Shown: positions 1-9,326 of the stretch, piece by piece
How the letters are laid out: every line of letters begins with the position of its first letter
Numbering within the stretch: position 1 is the stretch's first letter
Origin: an uncultured virus (IMG/VR IMGVR_UViG_3300044617_001027)
Lineage: Duplodnaviria > Heunggongvirae > Uroviricota > Caudoviricetes
Virus record (IMG/VR): IMGVR_UViG_3300044617_001027
Strand: one strand, 5' to 3'
Length of the DNA stretch: 64,000 bases
The notes under the pieces: model-generated
Databases searched by the model: none
The model's input: only the letters and a program-made list of their open reading frames with translations
What the model was told of the DNA's origin: nothing
Made by a program: the position numbers and the translations under genes

Positions 1-88
1 AGGAGCAGATGTATCGTCACACCTTAAAAAGTATCCTAACTTTAAGTTTAACTCGGACTCTTTTTTTATTATGAATTCTTTTAACATG

Positions 89-382
89 TTACTTTTTATA
101 GTAGGTTAAAAATTCGGTGTACACATGCTCATACATTGCTTCATCGCAATCATCTAAAATATCCATGTCAACATTCTCTACAATCTTTAAAGCCAAAGCA
201 TCTAAGTCATCTATGATAGACTCAAATGAACCCATCATGTGAGTAAATTCTAGTACAGATCTAGCGTCGCGCGTTCCAAGTTTTTCTGATGTCTCATCAT
301 CCTGGTTCATGATTTCATTACAGATGTTTGATACATGATAGAAAACAATCTTGAATAAATAAGAACTTCTGTCAATGTTCAT
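89..382 (-). CDS. hypothetical acidic early protein
   Basis: 97-aa ORF directly downstream of the promoter module at 416-472, with an A-rich leader. Confidence 0.8.
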   Translation of the reverse strand: MNIDRSSYLFKIVFYHVSNICNEIMNQDDETSEKLGTRDARSVLEFTHMMGSFESIIDDLDALALKIVENVDMDILDDCDEAMYEHVYTEFLTYYKK

Positions 383-415
383 TTTTTTTTAGTTTATGTG
401 GTGAAGAATATGATG

Positions 416-472
416 CAAATATAGGGGGGATAATCAAGAAAACCAAATCCCCCCATGTTAATGTTTTGTTAA
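416..472 (-). promoter_or_regulatory. Bacteroidota sigma-A-type early promoter module (type A: TTAAC boxes + TTG-N~20-TAnnTTTG inside an inverted repeat)
   Basis: Minus strand reads TTAACAAAACATTAAC..GGGGGATTTG..ATCCCCC-TATATTTG. Similar -7 elements start (plus coordinate of CAAAnnTA) at 780, 1104, 1387, 1962, 2763, 3424, 3547, 4148, 4776, 5291, 6089, 6186, 7120, 7933, 8031, 8494, 9278, 9857, 10318, 11142, 11821, 12093. Confidence 0.85.
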
Positions 473-747
473 TCTTTTATGCAGATGACCGAAGCACCTA
501 TTGATTTATGATTTACATCTCCTTGTTCAAATTCGGTTACATGACCAACCTCTATCCCGATTTCAAGACCTCTCTCTAATGCATCTATAAGGTCGTGATA
601 AGATTCACAGACATCGGTCTCGCTACCGTCATCATATAGCGCATAGATAGAACCATCGAATAGACCCGACTGGTAAACTTCTTTAGCTTTGTCAGTAATC
701 AATAGCCATACAAAGCCTTCAACAACTTTAATTTTTTGGTCGTACAT
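469..747 (-). CDS. hypothetical early protein
   Basis: ORF 469..810 with start moved to MYDQK downstream of the promoter; the TAA stop lies inside the TTAAC box. Confidence 0.75.
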   Translation of the reverse strand: MYDQKIKVVEGFVWLLITDKAKEVYQSGLFDGSIYALYDDGSETDVCESYHDLIDALERGLEIGIEVGHVTEFEQGDVNHKSIGASVICIKD

Positions 748-779
748 TTTTTTTAAGTTTAGTGGTAAAGAATATGATG

Positions 780-836
780 CAAAGATAAGGGTATCGGATA
801 TACTATGCAATACCCTTATTGTTAATGTTTTGTTAA
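780..836 (-). promoter_or_regulatory. type A promoter/hairpin module
   Basis: TTAACAAAACATTAAC-AATAAGGGTATTG-N20-TATCTTTG; near-identical copies at 1104, 1387, 1962, 4148, 4776, 11821. Confidence 0.85.
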
Positions 837-1069
837 TCTTCGTAATCGGTATCTAACTCATCTTCAAAGTAAAACTCTATCGCATCGGTAATTGCTAACG
901 AGATTTGTTCCATGGTAGCTTCGTTGGTAAGAGCCATGTTTAAAATCTTTTGAGCATCTTCATCGCTAGCCTTCATGTAGTTAACTTGAACATCCTGGAT
1001 ATGCCATAGGTTGTCAACAAAGTAACCATGGTCTCTTAATACCTTTTTTGCATTTTCTACTTCGCTCAT
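833..1069 (-). CDS. hypothetical acidic early protein
   Basis: 78-aa ORF with acidic C-terminus EFYFEDELDTDYED and its own promoter. Confidence 0.8.
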   Translation of the reverse strand: MSEVENAKKVLRDHGYFVDNLWHIQDVQVNYMKASDEDAQKILNMALTNEATMEQISLAITDAIEFYFEDELDTDYED

Positions 1070-1164
1070 TCTTTTTTTAGTTTATGTGGTGAATAATATG
1101 ATGCAAAGATAAGGGTACCGGATCTAATATGCAATACCCCTATCGTTAATGTTTTGTTAATTTT

Positions 1165-1353
1165 TTACTCTTCGTGGATTGCCCTATAGATAGCTCTGCC
1201 GTCAAGAATCCGAGTCTTTGGTTTGAGGCCATCATAAATCTCCCAGGCTTTAGCGAGAGAATTTGTGGTGCCAGCTATTTGCTCACCCTTAAAGATGATA
1301 TACTTCTCATCCTTCATTGGAGCAGGTCTTTTTACTTCAGTTGCTTTGTTCAT
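1165..1353 (-). CDS. hypothetical early protein
   Basis: 62-aa ORF between promoter modules. Confidence 0.7.
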   Translation of the reverse strand: MNKATEVKRPAPMKDEKYIIFKGEQIAGTTNSLAKAWEIYDGLKPKTRILDGRAIYRAIHEE

Positions 1354-1439
1354 TTTTTAGTTTTAAAGCGGTGATTAATTATAGTGCAAAGATAAGGGTA
1401 TCGGATATACTATGCAATACCCTTATCGTTAATGTTATG

Positions 1440-1928
1440 TTAAAATGGTAAGTTGGTATTTAGAATGTTAAGACCCTCTTCTCTCTTCTGCTTGCATAAG
1501 TTTCTTAAGTATTTAGAACCCTGCTCAGTCTTTAACAAATCTTCTATTTTGGTACGCTTGCCGTTTACAATTACTTCAAACACCTTGTAGAAATTCTCTG
1601 TGCCAACACATACTCCTTTACTAAAATCCTTTTCTATCTTTTTCCAATTTTGTTTTTTTAACCAAGACTCAAATAGTTCGTCCACTACATTTTCTAAACT
1701 AGGACTACCTATATAATTTTCATTGTCAGGCAGAGTTTTACAATAATCCTCCATTTGGTCGTACAACTTTCCATGACCCGAACAATAACAGTCGGTATTT
1801 CCTCCATGTCCATCATTCCTACAGTACCCTACTTTCTTTCCATCAAAGAAAATATCCGCTTCAAAGCAATTAGTCTCTTGTGAATTCCACTCAGAGAATT
1901 TAATACTCTTTAATTGAACCCTATCCAT
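1440..1928 (-). CDS. hypothetical phage protein
   Basis: 162 aa with SQETNCFEA..NDGHGG motif; own promoter. Confidence 0.8.
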   Translation of the reverse strand: MDRVQLKSIKFSEWNSQETNCFEADIFFDGKKVGYCRNDGHGGNTDCYCSGHGKLYDQMEDYCKTLPDNENYIGSPSLENVVDELFESWLKKQNWKKIEKDFSKGVCVGTENFYKVFEVIVNGKRTKIEDLLKTEQGSKYLRNLCKQKREEGLNILNTNLPF

Positions 1929-2020
1929 TTTTTTTTTAGTTTATTGGTGAATAATATAGTGCAAAGATAAGGGTATCGGATATACTATGCAATACCCTTA
2001 TCGTTAATGTTATGTTAAAA

Positions 2021-2731
2021 TTACAAAGACCATTGACTTGCCATAGCTTTAGCCATGCCTATGAATGTCTTACTTCTCATAGTTCTTCTTTCTTCCGATG
2101 ACTTAGCATTTGAAAGAGCATCAGCATACCACTTAGGATGACTTTTACCGCTTTTGAAATACACTCTCTCACCCTCGCTTACTATATCTGTAGGCTCTAA
2201 TTTAGGTAGATTTTTTAGCCACAAACAAGTTGTCTTTCTTGCCTCGTCGCCAAACATAAACGGTTGCACAATTTGGTCAGGTTTTCTGTAAGCAGATGAT
2301 ATAACACCAACAGGGTTTTCAATTGCAATCTTATCAATAGGCGCATTAGCTATCCTTATGAAAAACTCAATAGCCTTTTCTCTTTCTGCTGCTCTATCCG
2401 GATGTTTAGGATGTGGTCTTCTAGATTCAGCCGGTAAGTCCTTATCTTCCGGATGGTAGTACCATTGCGCACCACTCACGGCCAAATAAGTACAAGGCGG
2501 ATGTGCAATCATCATATCCCAATCTGCATTTATATTAACCGTTTCTCCATTTTGAAGAACACCGCCTTGATTCTTGATAATCTCAAAAACGTCATTGTTA
2601 AAATGCCATTCGGGATGTCCCCCACTACAAGGAAGAAGGTCGCAGCTAAATGCATTGTGTCCTAATAATCTCAATTCTCTAGTTAAAGCTTGGCTCTCTT
2701 CACAAGCTACTAACACATTTAATTTTTTCAT
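2021..2731 (-). CDS. DNA cytosine methyltransferase-like protein (compact phage type)
   Basis: VLVACEES (SAM-binding motif I-like), HPPCTY (catalytic PC motif IV), IENPVG (motif VI). Confidence 0.7.
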   Translation of the reverse strand: MKKLNVLVACEESQALTRELRLLGHNAFSCDLLPCSGGHPEWHFNNDVFEIIKNQGGVLQNGETVNINADWDMMIAHPPCTYLAVSGAQWYYHPEDKDLPAESRRPHPKHPDRAAEREKAIEFFIRIANAPIDKIAIENPVGVISSAYRKPDQIVQPFMFGDEARKTTCLWLKNLPKLEPTDIVSEGERVYFKSGKSHPKWYADALSNAKSSEERRTMRSKTFIGMAKAMASQWSL

Positions 2732-2816
2732 TTTTTTAGTTTATGTGGTAAAGAATATGATGCAAAGATAAGGGGGATATTTGAGAAAGTCAATACCCCC
2801 CTATGTTAATGATTCC

Positions 2817-3389
2817 TTAATTTTCCGCGGGGTTATTCTCTCTATATATCCTAATCATTTCTTCCATGTCTTCAGCATCAACATAAGAATAATCCTCCTT
2901 AATACTATTTTCACTTTCAATAAATCCCTCTTCAACATCATTAACAAAATCCTCAAAGAAACCATCAGTACCTAAATGCTTGTATTGATATTCACGATAA
3001 GACATTTCTTCCCTACTCAATTCATCACCATTTTCATCAATCTCCACAATACCTGCAAAGTCACACCCTGGTTCCGAGTATTCAATCCGTCCGTTTACTC
3101 CGTACTTCTCACATACCTTCCGTACAAACTCCGTACATGGACCCCAAGCCGTATCACAGTTAAAGTAATCATGTTGCTCCATTGTATCCTTAATGTCGTC
3201 ATCCATCACTACACTCCACTTAGTACCGAACTCTGCATTCCATACACCGTAATCCCATTCACTCTTAATGTCAGTCAATGCAGTGAACATGCAATGACCA
3301 TCTTCAATCATGCTAACATCTTTTTTCAATGTCTGCATAGCTTTTTCCGTACCTTCAAATGAGATACAATTAGAACACCAATTTGGCAT
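2817..3389 (-). CDS. DUF1281/YubB ferredoxin-like family protein
   Basis: MPNWCxN start with FGTKW, TAWGP and YSEPG motifs. Confidence 0.7.
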   Translation of the reverse strand: MPNWCSNCISFEGTEKAMQTLKKDVSMIEDGHCMFTALTDIKSEWDYGVWNAEFGTKWSVVMDDDIKDTMEQHDYFNCDTAWGPCTEFVRKVCEKYGVNGRIEYSEPGCDFAGIVEIDENGDELSREEMSYREYQYKHLGTDGFFEDFVNDVEEGFIESENSIKEDYSYVDAEDMEEMIRIYRENNPAEN

Positions 3390-3673
3390 AGTCTTAAAAT
3401 TTAATGTGGTTAATAATATGTCGCAAAGATAATAACATTCCATCTAATATCCTAATCCTAAAATGTTAAAGTCATGTTAAAATGAAATGCAGTAAAATGT
3501 AACTCATACCATATCTCATCTATTCCCCATCATCTAATTGACATTGCAAAGATACATCCCATTTCCCTATTATCCTAATTTCAAATGTTAAAAGGATCTT
3601 AAAGAAATGTTAAAGTCATGTTAACGGATCCCCCTCACATTACTGGCCATGCTGGAAAAGGGAAGCGGGAAAA

Positions 3674-3708
3674 TTTACTCAGGCAAGGCTTTGCCTTGCC
3701 TGAGTAAA
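3674..3708. repeat. inverted repeat family P1 (TTTACTCAGGCAAGGC-N3-4-GCCTTGCCTGAGYRAA)
   Basis: Perfect 16-bp stem here; further copies at about 6282-6316, 8126-8161, 9952-9986, 11236-11271, 12188-12223. Confidence 0.95.
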
Positions 3709-3720
3709 ATTCACTGGCAA

Positions 3721-3752
3721 CAAAAAAACTCCCGACATCTACTGCCGGGAGC
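3721..3752 (-). terminator. intrinsic terminator after the tRNA-like gene
   Basis: CTCCCGGCAGTAGATGTCGGGAG followed by TTTTTTT on the minus strand. Confidence 0.8.
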
Positions 3753-3779
3753 CAAACCACTTAAACATCTATTAACCTT

Positions 3780-3889
3780 TGGAAGTCAGGGTAGGAATCG
3801 AACCTACATGATAAGTAGTATAGTTGATTAAGCGAAAACGTACTTACTTATCTATTCACTTCTAGCGTCTACCATTTCGCCACCTGACT
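3780..3889 (-). ncRNA. tRNA-like RNA (Leu-type D-arm, canonical T-arm and CCA, no canonical anticodon arm)
   Basis: Acceptor AGTCAGG/CCTGACT+T+CCA; D-arm TGGCGAAATGGTAGACGC; T-arm GTAGG-TTCGATT-CCTAC; ~56-nt insert with a GATAAGTA/TACTTATC stem. Confidence 0.8.
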
Positions 3890-3899
3890 TATCATTTAC

Positions 3900-4115
3900 T
3901 TATTGATTATCTCCTTTTTTGTACGAGTGAAATATATTACTAGATGGGTCATAATTAGCCTCGTTCTTATAAAAGAAAGCTGAGTTAATTATAGCGCTAA
4001 TAAGTTCCTCTTCGGTCAAGTACACAAGTTCTGATGAATCAAACTCGTCTGAAAGTAATTCTTCTAAAGCCATTACTAGATCTTTTCTAGAAAGATTTTT
4101 TAGTTCTACTAACAT
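3900..4115 (-). CDS. hypothetical acidic early protein
   Basis: 71-aa ORF with promoter at 4148; probably co-transcribed with the tRNA-like gene. Confidence 0.75.
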   Translation of the reverse strand: MLVELKNLSRKDLVMALEELLSDEFDSSELVYLTEEELISAIINSAFFYKNEANYDPSSNIFHSYKKGDNQ

Positions 4116-4200
4116 TTTTTTATTTTAAAGTGGTGATTAATTTTTTACAAAGATAAGGGTATCGGATATAATATGCAATACCCTTATCGTTAATGTTTTG

Positions 4201-4743
4201 TTAAGAATAATAGAGTAGTGTTCTCTCTTGGCTTATTCGTTCTGTGATGTCCTTTATATCCCTTTGTAAAATATGAAGCTTGATGACATCTTGCCCTAAT
4301 TCAATGACTTGAGAAACAGATTCTAAAGGATAAGTAATAAAAGACCCATGTTGCAACCAACCTTTACCTATCTTAAAAGATCCTGTAAAATTGCAAGATA
4401 ACCTTCTTCCACAACTTTCAAAAGGAGCGGCAAAATAGATTTTTATATACCCTCTACCATGGCCAAACGTTAAAGATTCACTAATCCCGTTAGAATACAT
4501 ATTTATATTATATTCTTTCATTGAATCTTGGTAGCTATCAATTCGAAAATCTTCTAAATTTAATGCAATCGTAACATCTCGTAGTTCACTATGATAACTA
4601 AGCACAAGTTGTTTGAATCTTTTAATAACTTCTTTATTGTGAGAAGCTATATCTATTACATTCTGATTTGACTCTTGAACCAGAGTTGACAAATTAAATC
4701 CAGACAAATCAATATTGCCTTTGGTAGCTTTTAGTTCAAACAT
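4201..4743 (-). CDS. hypothetical early protein
   Basis: 180-aa ORF with own promoter; stop inside a TTAAC box. Confidence 0.8.
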   Translation of the reverse strand: MFELKATKGNIDLSGFNLSTLVQESNQNVIDIASHNKEVIKRFKQLVLSYHSELRDVTIALNLEDFRIDSYQDSMKEYNINMYSNGISESLTFGHGRGYIKIYFAAPFESCGRRLSCNFTGSFKIGKGWLQHGSFITYPLESVSQVIELGQDVIKLHILQRDIKDITERISQERTLLYYS

Positions 4744-4847
4744 GATAAATTAATTTAGTGGTTTAAAATATGTTGCAAAGATAAGGGCATCGGATATAAT
4801 ATGCAACACCCTTATCGTTAATGTTTTGTTAATTTTCCGCGGGGATT

Positions 4848-5258
4848 CTAAACTTTATATCCTCCCATTCTTGCAGCATCCGGAATCAAATCAATACACA
4901 ATTTATAATCAACCGAAACAATGTAAGAAACATCTCTATCATCTATATCTTCTCCCAGGAAAGTCCAATTAGGAGCAACCTTAGGATTGTACTTAATTTT
5001 AAAATCCGACTCCTTAACAAAATCAGAATGTCTAATCTCTAAATCATTACATAAAATCCATGCACATACAACCTTAGTGCTTTCTCCATTGAAGATCTTA
5101 GTAGCCATTTTCTTATTATTCCTTAACGTGCATTCTCTCATGATTAATTGAACGTCACATGGATTGTAATATGTAACAATGCCATCACTACCAATCACTC
5201 TCCATTTCATATAATTTTCTCCACGTTGTAAAGAAAATCTAACTTTAATCCTTTTCAT
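4848..5258 (-). CDS. hypothetical phage protein
   Basis: MKRIKVRF..VCAWILC..YNPK; own promoter at 5291. Confidence 0.8.
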   Translation of the reverse strand: MKRIKVRFSLQRGENYMKWRVIGSDGIVTYYNPCDVQLIMRECTLRNNKKMATKIFNGESTKVVCAWILCNDLEIRHSDFVKESDFKIKYNPKVAPNWTFLGEDIDDRDVSYIVSVDYKLCIDLIPDAARMGGYKV

Positions 5259-5343
5259 GTTTTTCAATTTAAGTGGTTATTAATATGATGCAAAGATAGG
5301 GGGGATTTTTGAGAAAGTCAATCCCCCCTGTGTTAATGTTATG

Positions 5344-6051
5344 TTAATGGATTACATTGTAAATATTCTTAGCTTTCTTTCCACCTTCACACAATCCACA
5401 TTTAGCGCAGCTTACTTGCTTCTCCTTTGCTATGGTTGGCGCTGATGGACAAAGTATAGCACCTTCAACCTCACTGGCATTGTAAGACCTAAAACCAAGG
5501 CCTTCGGCTAATTTTACATCAAAGATATTGTGCGTACTTGCCATTAGGTATTTTGCATATTGCTTATTCTCTGGTTTGTGCCATTGGTGAGTATAGCCCG
5601 AAACCTTGCCAACCAAAGGCCTTATTTGTTCTAGCAATTCAAAAGGTAATAAGGTAGGCTCCCCATACGTTCCCATGCGAGCAAAGGATATCTTAACCTT
5701 TTTTGTGACGTTCGTAATTTGTTCCATTACGCCTTCCGTTCCTTCCGGAATTAATCCGTTATCCAAACGCTTTTTTAAGGCTTTTAATTTTGCTATTAAT
5801 CCCCAAGCTAAAGATCCGTTCGCATGGGTATAGCAACCGCCTGACTTTCCACCGTTTGCATTATAAGAGAACTTACAATCAAAACAGACCTTAGAATCAT
5901 TTTTTAGGCTACCTTCATTAACCTGGTCAATAGAAAAATGATAGGTTTGTAGGATAATTTCGCCTTTTTGAGCGAGCTTAGGAGTGGCGCTAGGCTTGAT
6001 ATCTATGCAATGGATAACGTCACCTAATCTGAAATTAATTTGCTTAAGCAT
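5344..6051 (-). CDS. Cys-rich putative Fe-S/radical-SAM-like protein (GYTHQW family), paralog 1
   Basis: CX2CX13C, RxGxYGEP, GYTHQW, MAS and C-terminal CX13CX2CX2C. Confidence 0.6.
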   Translation of the reverse strand: MLKQINFRLGDVIHCIDIKPSATPKLAQKGEIILQTYHFSIDQVNEGSLKNDSKVCFDCKFSYNANGGKSGGCYTHANGSLAWGLIAKLKALKKRLDNGLIPEGTEGVMEQITNVTKKVKISFARMGTYGEPTLLPFELLEQIRPLVGKVSGYTHQWHKPENKQYAKYLMASTHNIFDVKLAEGLGFRSYNASEVEGAILCPSAPTIAKEKQVSCAKCGLCEGGKKAKNIYNVIH

Positions 6052-6087
6052 AACTTGATTGTTTATTTAAGTGGTAAAGAATATGTC

Positions 6088-6330
6088 GCAAAGATAAAGA
6101 GTAATTTTCTATTTTCCAAATTTAAGGCAAACTTTTTTTAAATTACTTTTTGCCTCTCTAATTACCCTCTCTCTTTATAACACTGCAAAGATAAGCATAA
6201 AAACAATACCTAGTAGTTAATAGAGTGTTAATGTTTTCTCTATTATAGTTAAGGAAATGTTAAAATCTACCCTGCCAAAAATTACTCAGGCAGGGCTTTG
6301 CCCTGCCCTGAGCGAAATTCACTGACATAA
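6088..6330 (-). repeat. ~240-bp duplicated regulatory block (two tandem promoters, four TTAAC boxes, P1 repeat)
   Basis: Near-identical to 7932-8172; its right half recurs at about 9857-10045, 11142-11333 and 12093-12230. Confidence 0.9.
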
Positions 6331-6370
6331 AAAATCCCTCCCGGAGTTAACCAGGAGGGGAGGCTTTTAT

Positions 6371-6847
6371 TTACGAGTGCATATCCACTAAGACAACAAA
6401 GGTAAGTTCGCCATCACAACCTAAGTCAGTAATGCCAGGCTCATCAATATATCCATCATAAAATGTATCTGACCATATATCAATTTTAGTAGGGTCTGAA
6501 AGAGATGATATTTCAGCTTGCTCTTTGCAATATTTGGAAGCAAGCGTCCAATCAAAAGACTTAACTAATACAGTACTTCCTAAATTAGACACCTTAAGGA
6601 ATGCTTGCTTATAGTAATCATTTACCTCTGTTAAGAAATCAAATCTATTTGGGTCATTGAGTAATTCATCCTTAGTTATCCATTTCTCATCAAAAGATTC
6701 AGAGAATGATTTGTCTTCTTTGCAATGAGAACCCATAATAGTAAACCAGTTATTCTCTGTACCCCAATCAAATAGATAGTCTTCAACAATGCCAATAGCG
6801 TCGGAATGAGAATCAGCTTTTGTTCTAATTAAATGCAGATTGTGCAT
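6371..6847 (-). CDS. hypothetical phage protein
   Basis: 158 aa, MH start, ends VLVDMHS. Confidence 0.8.
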   Translation of the reverse strand: MHNLHLIRTKADSHSDAIGIVEDYLFDWGTENNWFTIMGSHCKEDKSFSESFDEKWITKDELLNDPNRFDFLTEVNDYYKQAFLKVSNLGSTVLVKSFDWTLASKYCKEQAEISSLSDPTKIDIWSDTFYDGYIDEPGITDLGCDGELTFVVLVDMHS

Positions 6848-6875
6848 GATTTAAAATTTAAAGTGGTGATTAATA

Positions 6876-7085
6876 TTATTTACTTTTAGGCAAGCGGTTT
6901 ACCTTTGCTAAATTAGCGTTAATCTTTTCGATGATTTCCTCATAGCTTTCTTTTACGTCAAAACCTCCATTGTTATTCCACCCAACAACGTATGCCCCTT
7001 TTTCTGTCGCTATAACTCGTTGCAAAAGATTTACATTACCAATAAATTTTTTACCCTCTAAAGTCGTTAACTCAATAAAACACAT
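6876..7085 (-). CDS. small FlbD-like beta protein
   Basis: FIELTTLEGK..N...VKESYEEI pattern. Confidence 0.5.
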   Translation of the reverse strand: MCFIELTTLEGKKFIGNVNLLQRVIATEKGAYVVGWNNNGGFDVKESYEEIIEKINANLAKVNRLPKSK

Positions 7086-7173
7086 AATTTTATAATTTTA
7101 AGTGGTGATTAATATAAAGCAAAAATAGGGGGAACATTTTACATTTCCAAACATTCCCCCACATTTTTTTAAA

Positions 7174-7899
7174 TTAATTTGCGAACTCCATAGAAAGATT
7201 GGCTAACCTCTCATTGATAATTGCAGTCTTGTTAGGGTCTTTCAAGGCAGAATATTTTCTCTTTCCTGCAAACCCATTAATCAATTTTTCTTGAAGACGA
7301 TTCTGAATAGCCCAAAGCGTATTATCATCATCTGCGAACCTTTCTGACGCAAGTAATACCTTAGCCTCATTTTCTGTAAAGGCTCTCTTAAAACGCAAAG
7401 CAGCAGCCTTCATGGCAAATTCAATAGCCTTTTCTTCGGTCAAGTTTACAGACATTTGCTGCAATACGTATTCCTCAAGTTTAGGTAACAAATCAAAAAA
7501 GTTGGCTACAATTTCACCCGATATAACTTTCTCTGAAATATCCATAGCTTTCTTTCCGAAATGCCTTACTTTGAAAATCTTAGATTCAAATCTTGAGTCA
7601 GAGACCGTTAGTCCGTTTGAGCATACTAATCTGAATATTCCCATTGAACATTCAAACCCAACCGTTCCGTCAAACGAATTGCGGATAACAACTTCGGGAT
7701 ATAAGGTTTCACCCTTTAAGATTAATTCCTTATTGTACCTCATTCTAATAAGGTGCGCGGAACTTTTAGCACCCTTCTTTTTAGTCTGAAAGCCTGAAAG
7801 ATGAAAGCCATTAGACTGAAGGTCATTAATCAATTTTTGTGAGCTGATAGCTACATACTTCGCGCTTAGATTTGCGCTTTTTACTTCTGAAAGAATCAT
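7174..7899 (-). CDS. DUF932/DUF945 family protein
   Basis: HLIRMR, NSFDG, GIFRLVCSNG and DDDNTLW..NRLQE motifs. Confidence 0.8.
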   Translation of the reverse strand: MILSEVKSANLSAKYVAISSQKLINDLQSNGFHLSGFQTKKKGAKSSAHLIRMRYNKELILKGETLYPEVVIRNSFDGTVGFECSMGIFRLVCSNGLTVSDSRFESKIFKVRHFGKKAMDISEKVISGEIVANFFDLLPKLEEYVLQQMSVNLTEEKAIEFAMKAAALRFKRAFTENEAKVLLASERFADDDNTLWAIQNRLQEKLINGFAGKRKYSALKDPNKTAIINERLANLSMEFAN

Positions 7900-8277
7900 A
7901 GTTTAAAATTTAAAGTGGTTAAGAATCTGATGCAAAGATAAAGAGTATTTTTCTATTTTCCAAATTTAAGGCAAACTTTTTTTAAATTACTTTTCTGCCT
8001 TTCTATTTACCCTCTCTCTTTATAACACTGCAAAGATAAGCATAAAAACAATACATAGTAGTTAAAGGAGTGTTAATGTTTTCCCTATTATAGTTAAGGA
8101 AATGTTAAGATCCGGATCCGCGAAATTTACTCAGGCAAGGCTTTAGCCTTGCCTGAGTGAAATTCACTGGCATGACAAATCCCCGACGGACACTAAATCC
8201 GACGGGGCAAAAAACAAGTCATGTATTCTTATCTGAGCTTTGCTTTGAAGTATTTAAAAACTTCGGGGATATGTTTC

Positions 8278-8463
8278 TTATAGTATTATAGAATATTTTT
8301 TTGCAATATCTTTAGTAACTTCAGTGACATAGAAATCATCCAAGTATGAATCATCTCCAGGAAAAGTAACATATAAGAAATCCCAACCATCCTCAAAAGA
8401 ATCAAAAATAATATTATTGAACTTATGATTTCCCATCCAATCTAGAATTATAAATTTGCTCAT
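8278..8463 (-). CDS. hypothetical acidic early protein
   Basis: Start reassigned to MSKF downstream of the promoter at 8494. Confidence 0.7.
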   Translation of the reverse strand: MSKFIILDWMGNHKFNNIIFDSFEDGWDFLYVTFPGDDSYLDDFYVTEVTKDIAKKYSIIL

Positions 8464-8548
8464 AACTTTATTTAAGTGGTTAATAATATGTTTCAAAGAT
8501 AGGGAGAACATTTAACATATTCAAACATTCTCCCATCTTTTTTAAATT

Positions 8549-8974
8549 CTATCCATATACAATTTCATTAAGAAATACAGTCTGCAAAACAACATCCCCA
8601 GTAACTGCATCATCATTTTCATTTATCATATCTAACAGATGATCCAAAGGAACATTCTTAACTCTCTCGTGAACGTCAGCAAGGTTTATGGAATTGAAGA
8701 ATTTCATATCTTCTAACTCGCTGCCATCTTCTTCAATTGTCAGGAAATTCCCGTCCCTTAAAATCTGCATCAACACGTCCTCATAGCATATAGCTTGGAA
8801 CTCTGAGGAATCACTACTTAGTTTAGCTTTGGCATTTTTGTAGTGTTCCTTACTGTAGTCTACTGAAAGACCATATCCTGAACACATATAATCCAATGAA
8901 TTACATAAAGCATTGAAAAAAATCTCTTCGCTCAATTCATTTGTAAGCGAAATTTTTAAACCTTCTTTGTTCAT
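8549..8974 (-). CDS. hypothetical acidic phage protein
   Basis: 141 aa ending DAVTGDVVLQ..EIVYG. Confidence 0.8.
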   Translation of the reverse strand: MNKEGLKISLTNELSEEIFFNALCNSLDYMCSGYGLSVDYSKEHYKNAKAKLSSDSSEFQAICYEDVLMQILRDGNFLTIEEDGSELEDMKFFNSINLADVHERVKNVPLDHLLDMINENDDAVTGDVVLQTVFLNEIVYG

Positions 8975-9016
8975 TTTTTAAGTATTTAAGTGGTGATTAA
9001 GATATTGAAATTCTAC

Positions 9017-9244
9017 TTATCTGTTTTCCATAATTTGACTAATCATAATATCCATTGCTTCCTTATGCGTGAGAATGTTTCCAAACTCTAACATACTTTC
9101 TTCATCATAATATACTCCATTTCTATCATTCCATTTCAACCAACTAATTAGGCTTTCTCTTGTCCATTTGCTTAACTCCTCTCTTAATTGCAACTCATTC
9201 ATAGAACCATCTAAAATTCCATAAAAATTATGTCTTGTTTCCAT
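9017..9244 (-). CDS. hypothetical early protein
   Basis: WLKWNDRNGVY motif; promoter at 9278. Confidence 0.75.
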   Translation of the reverse strand: METRHNFYGILDGSMNELQLREELSKWTRESLISWLKWNDRNGVYYDEESMLEFGNILTHKEAMDIMISQIMENR

Positions 9245-9326
9245 AGATACTTTATTTAAGTGGTGATTAATATAAGGCAAAGATAAGGGGAATATTTAAC
9301 ATATCCAAACATTCCCCTCACATTTT

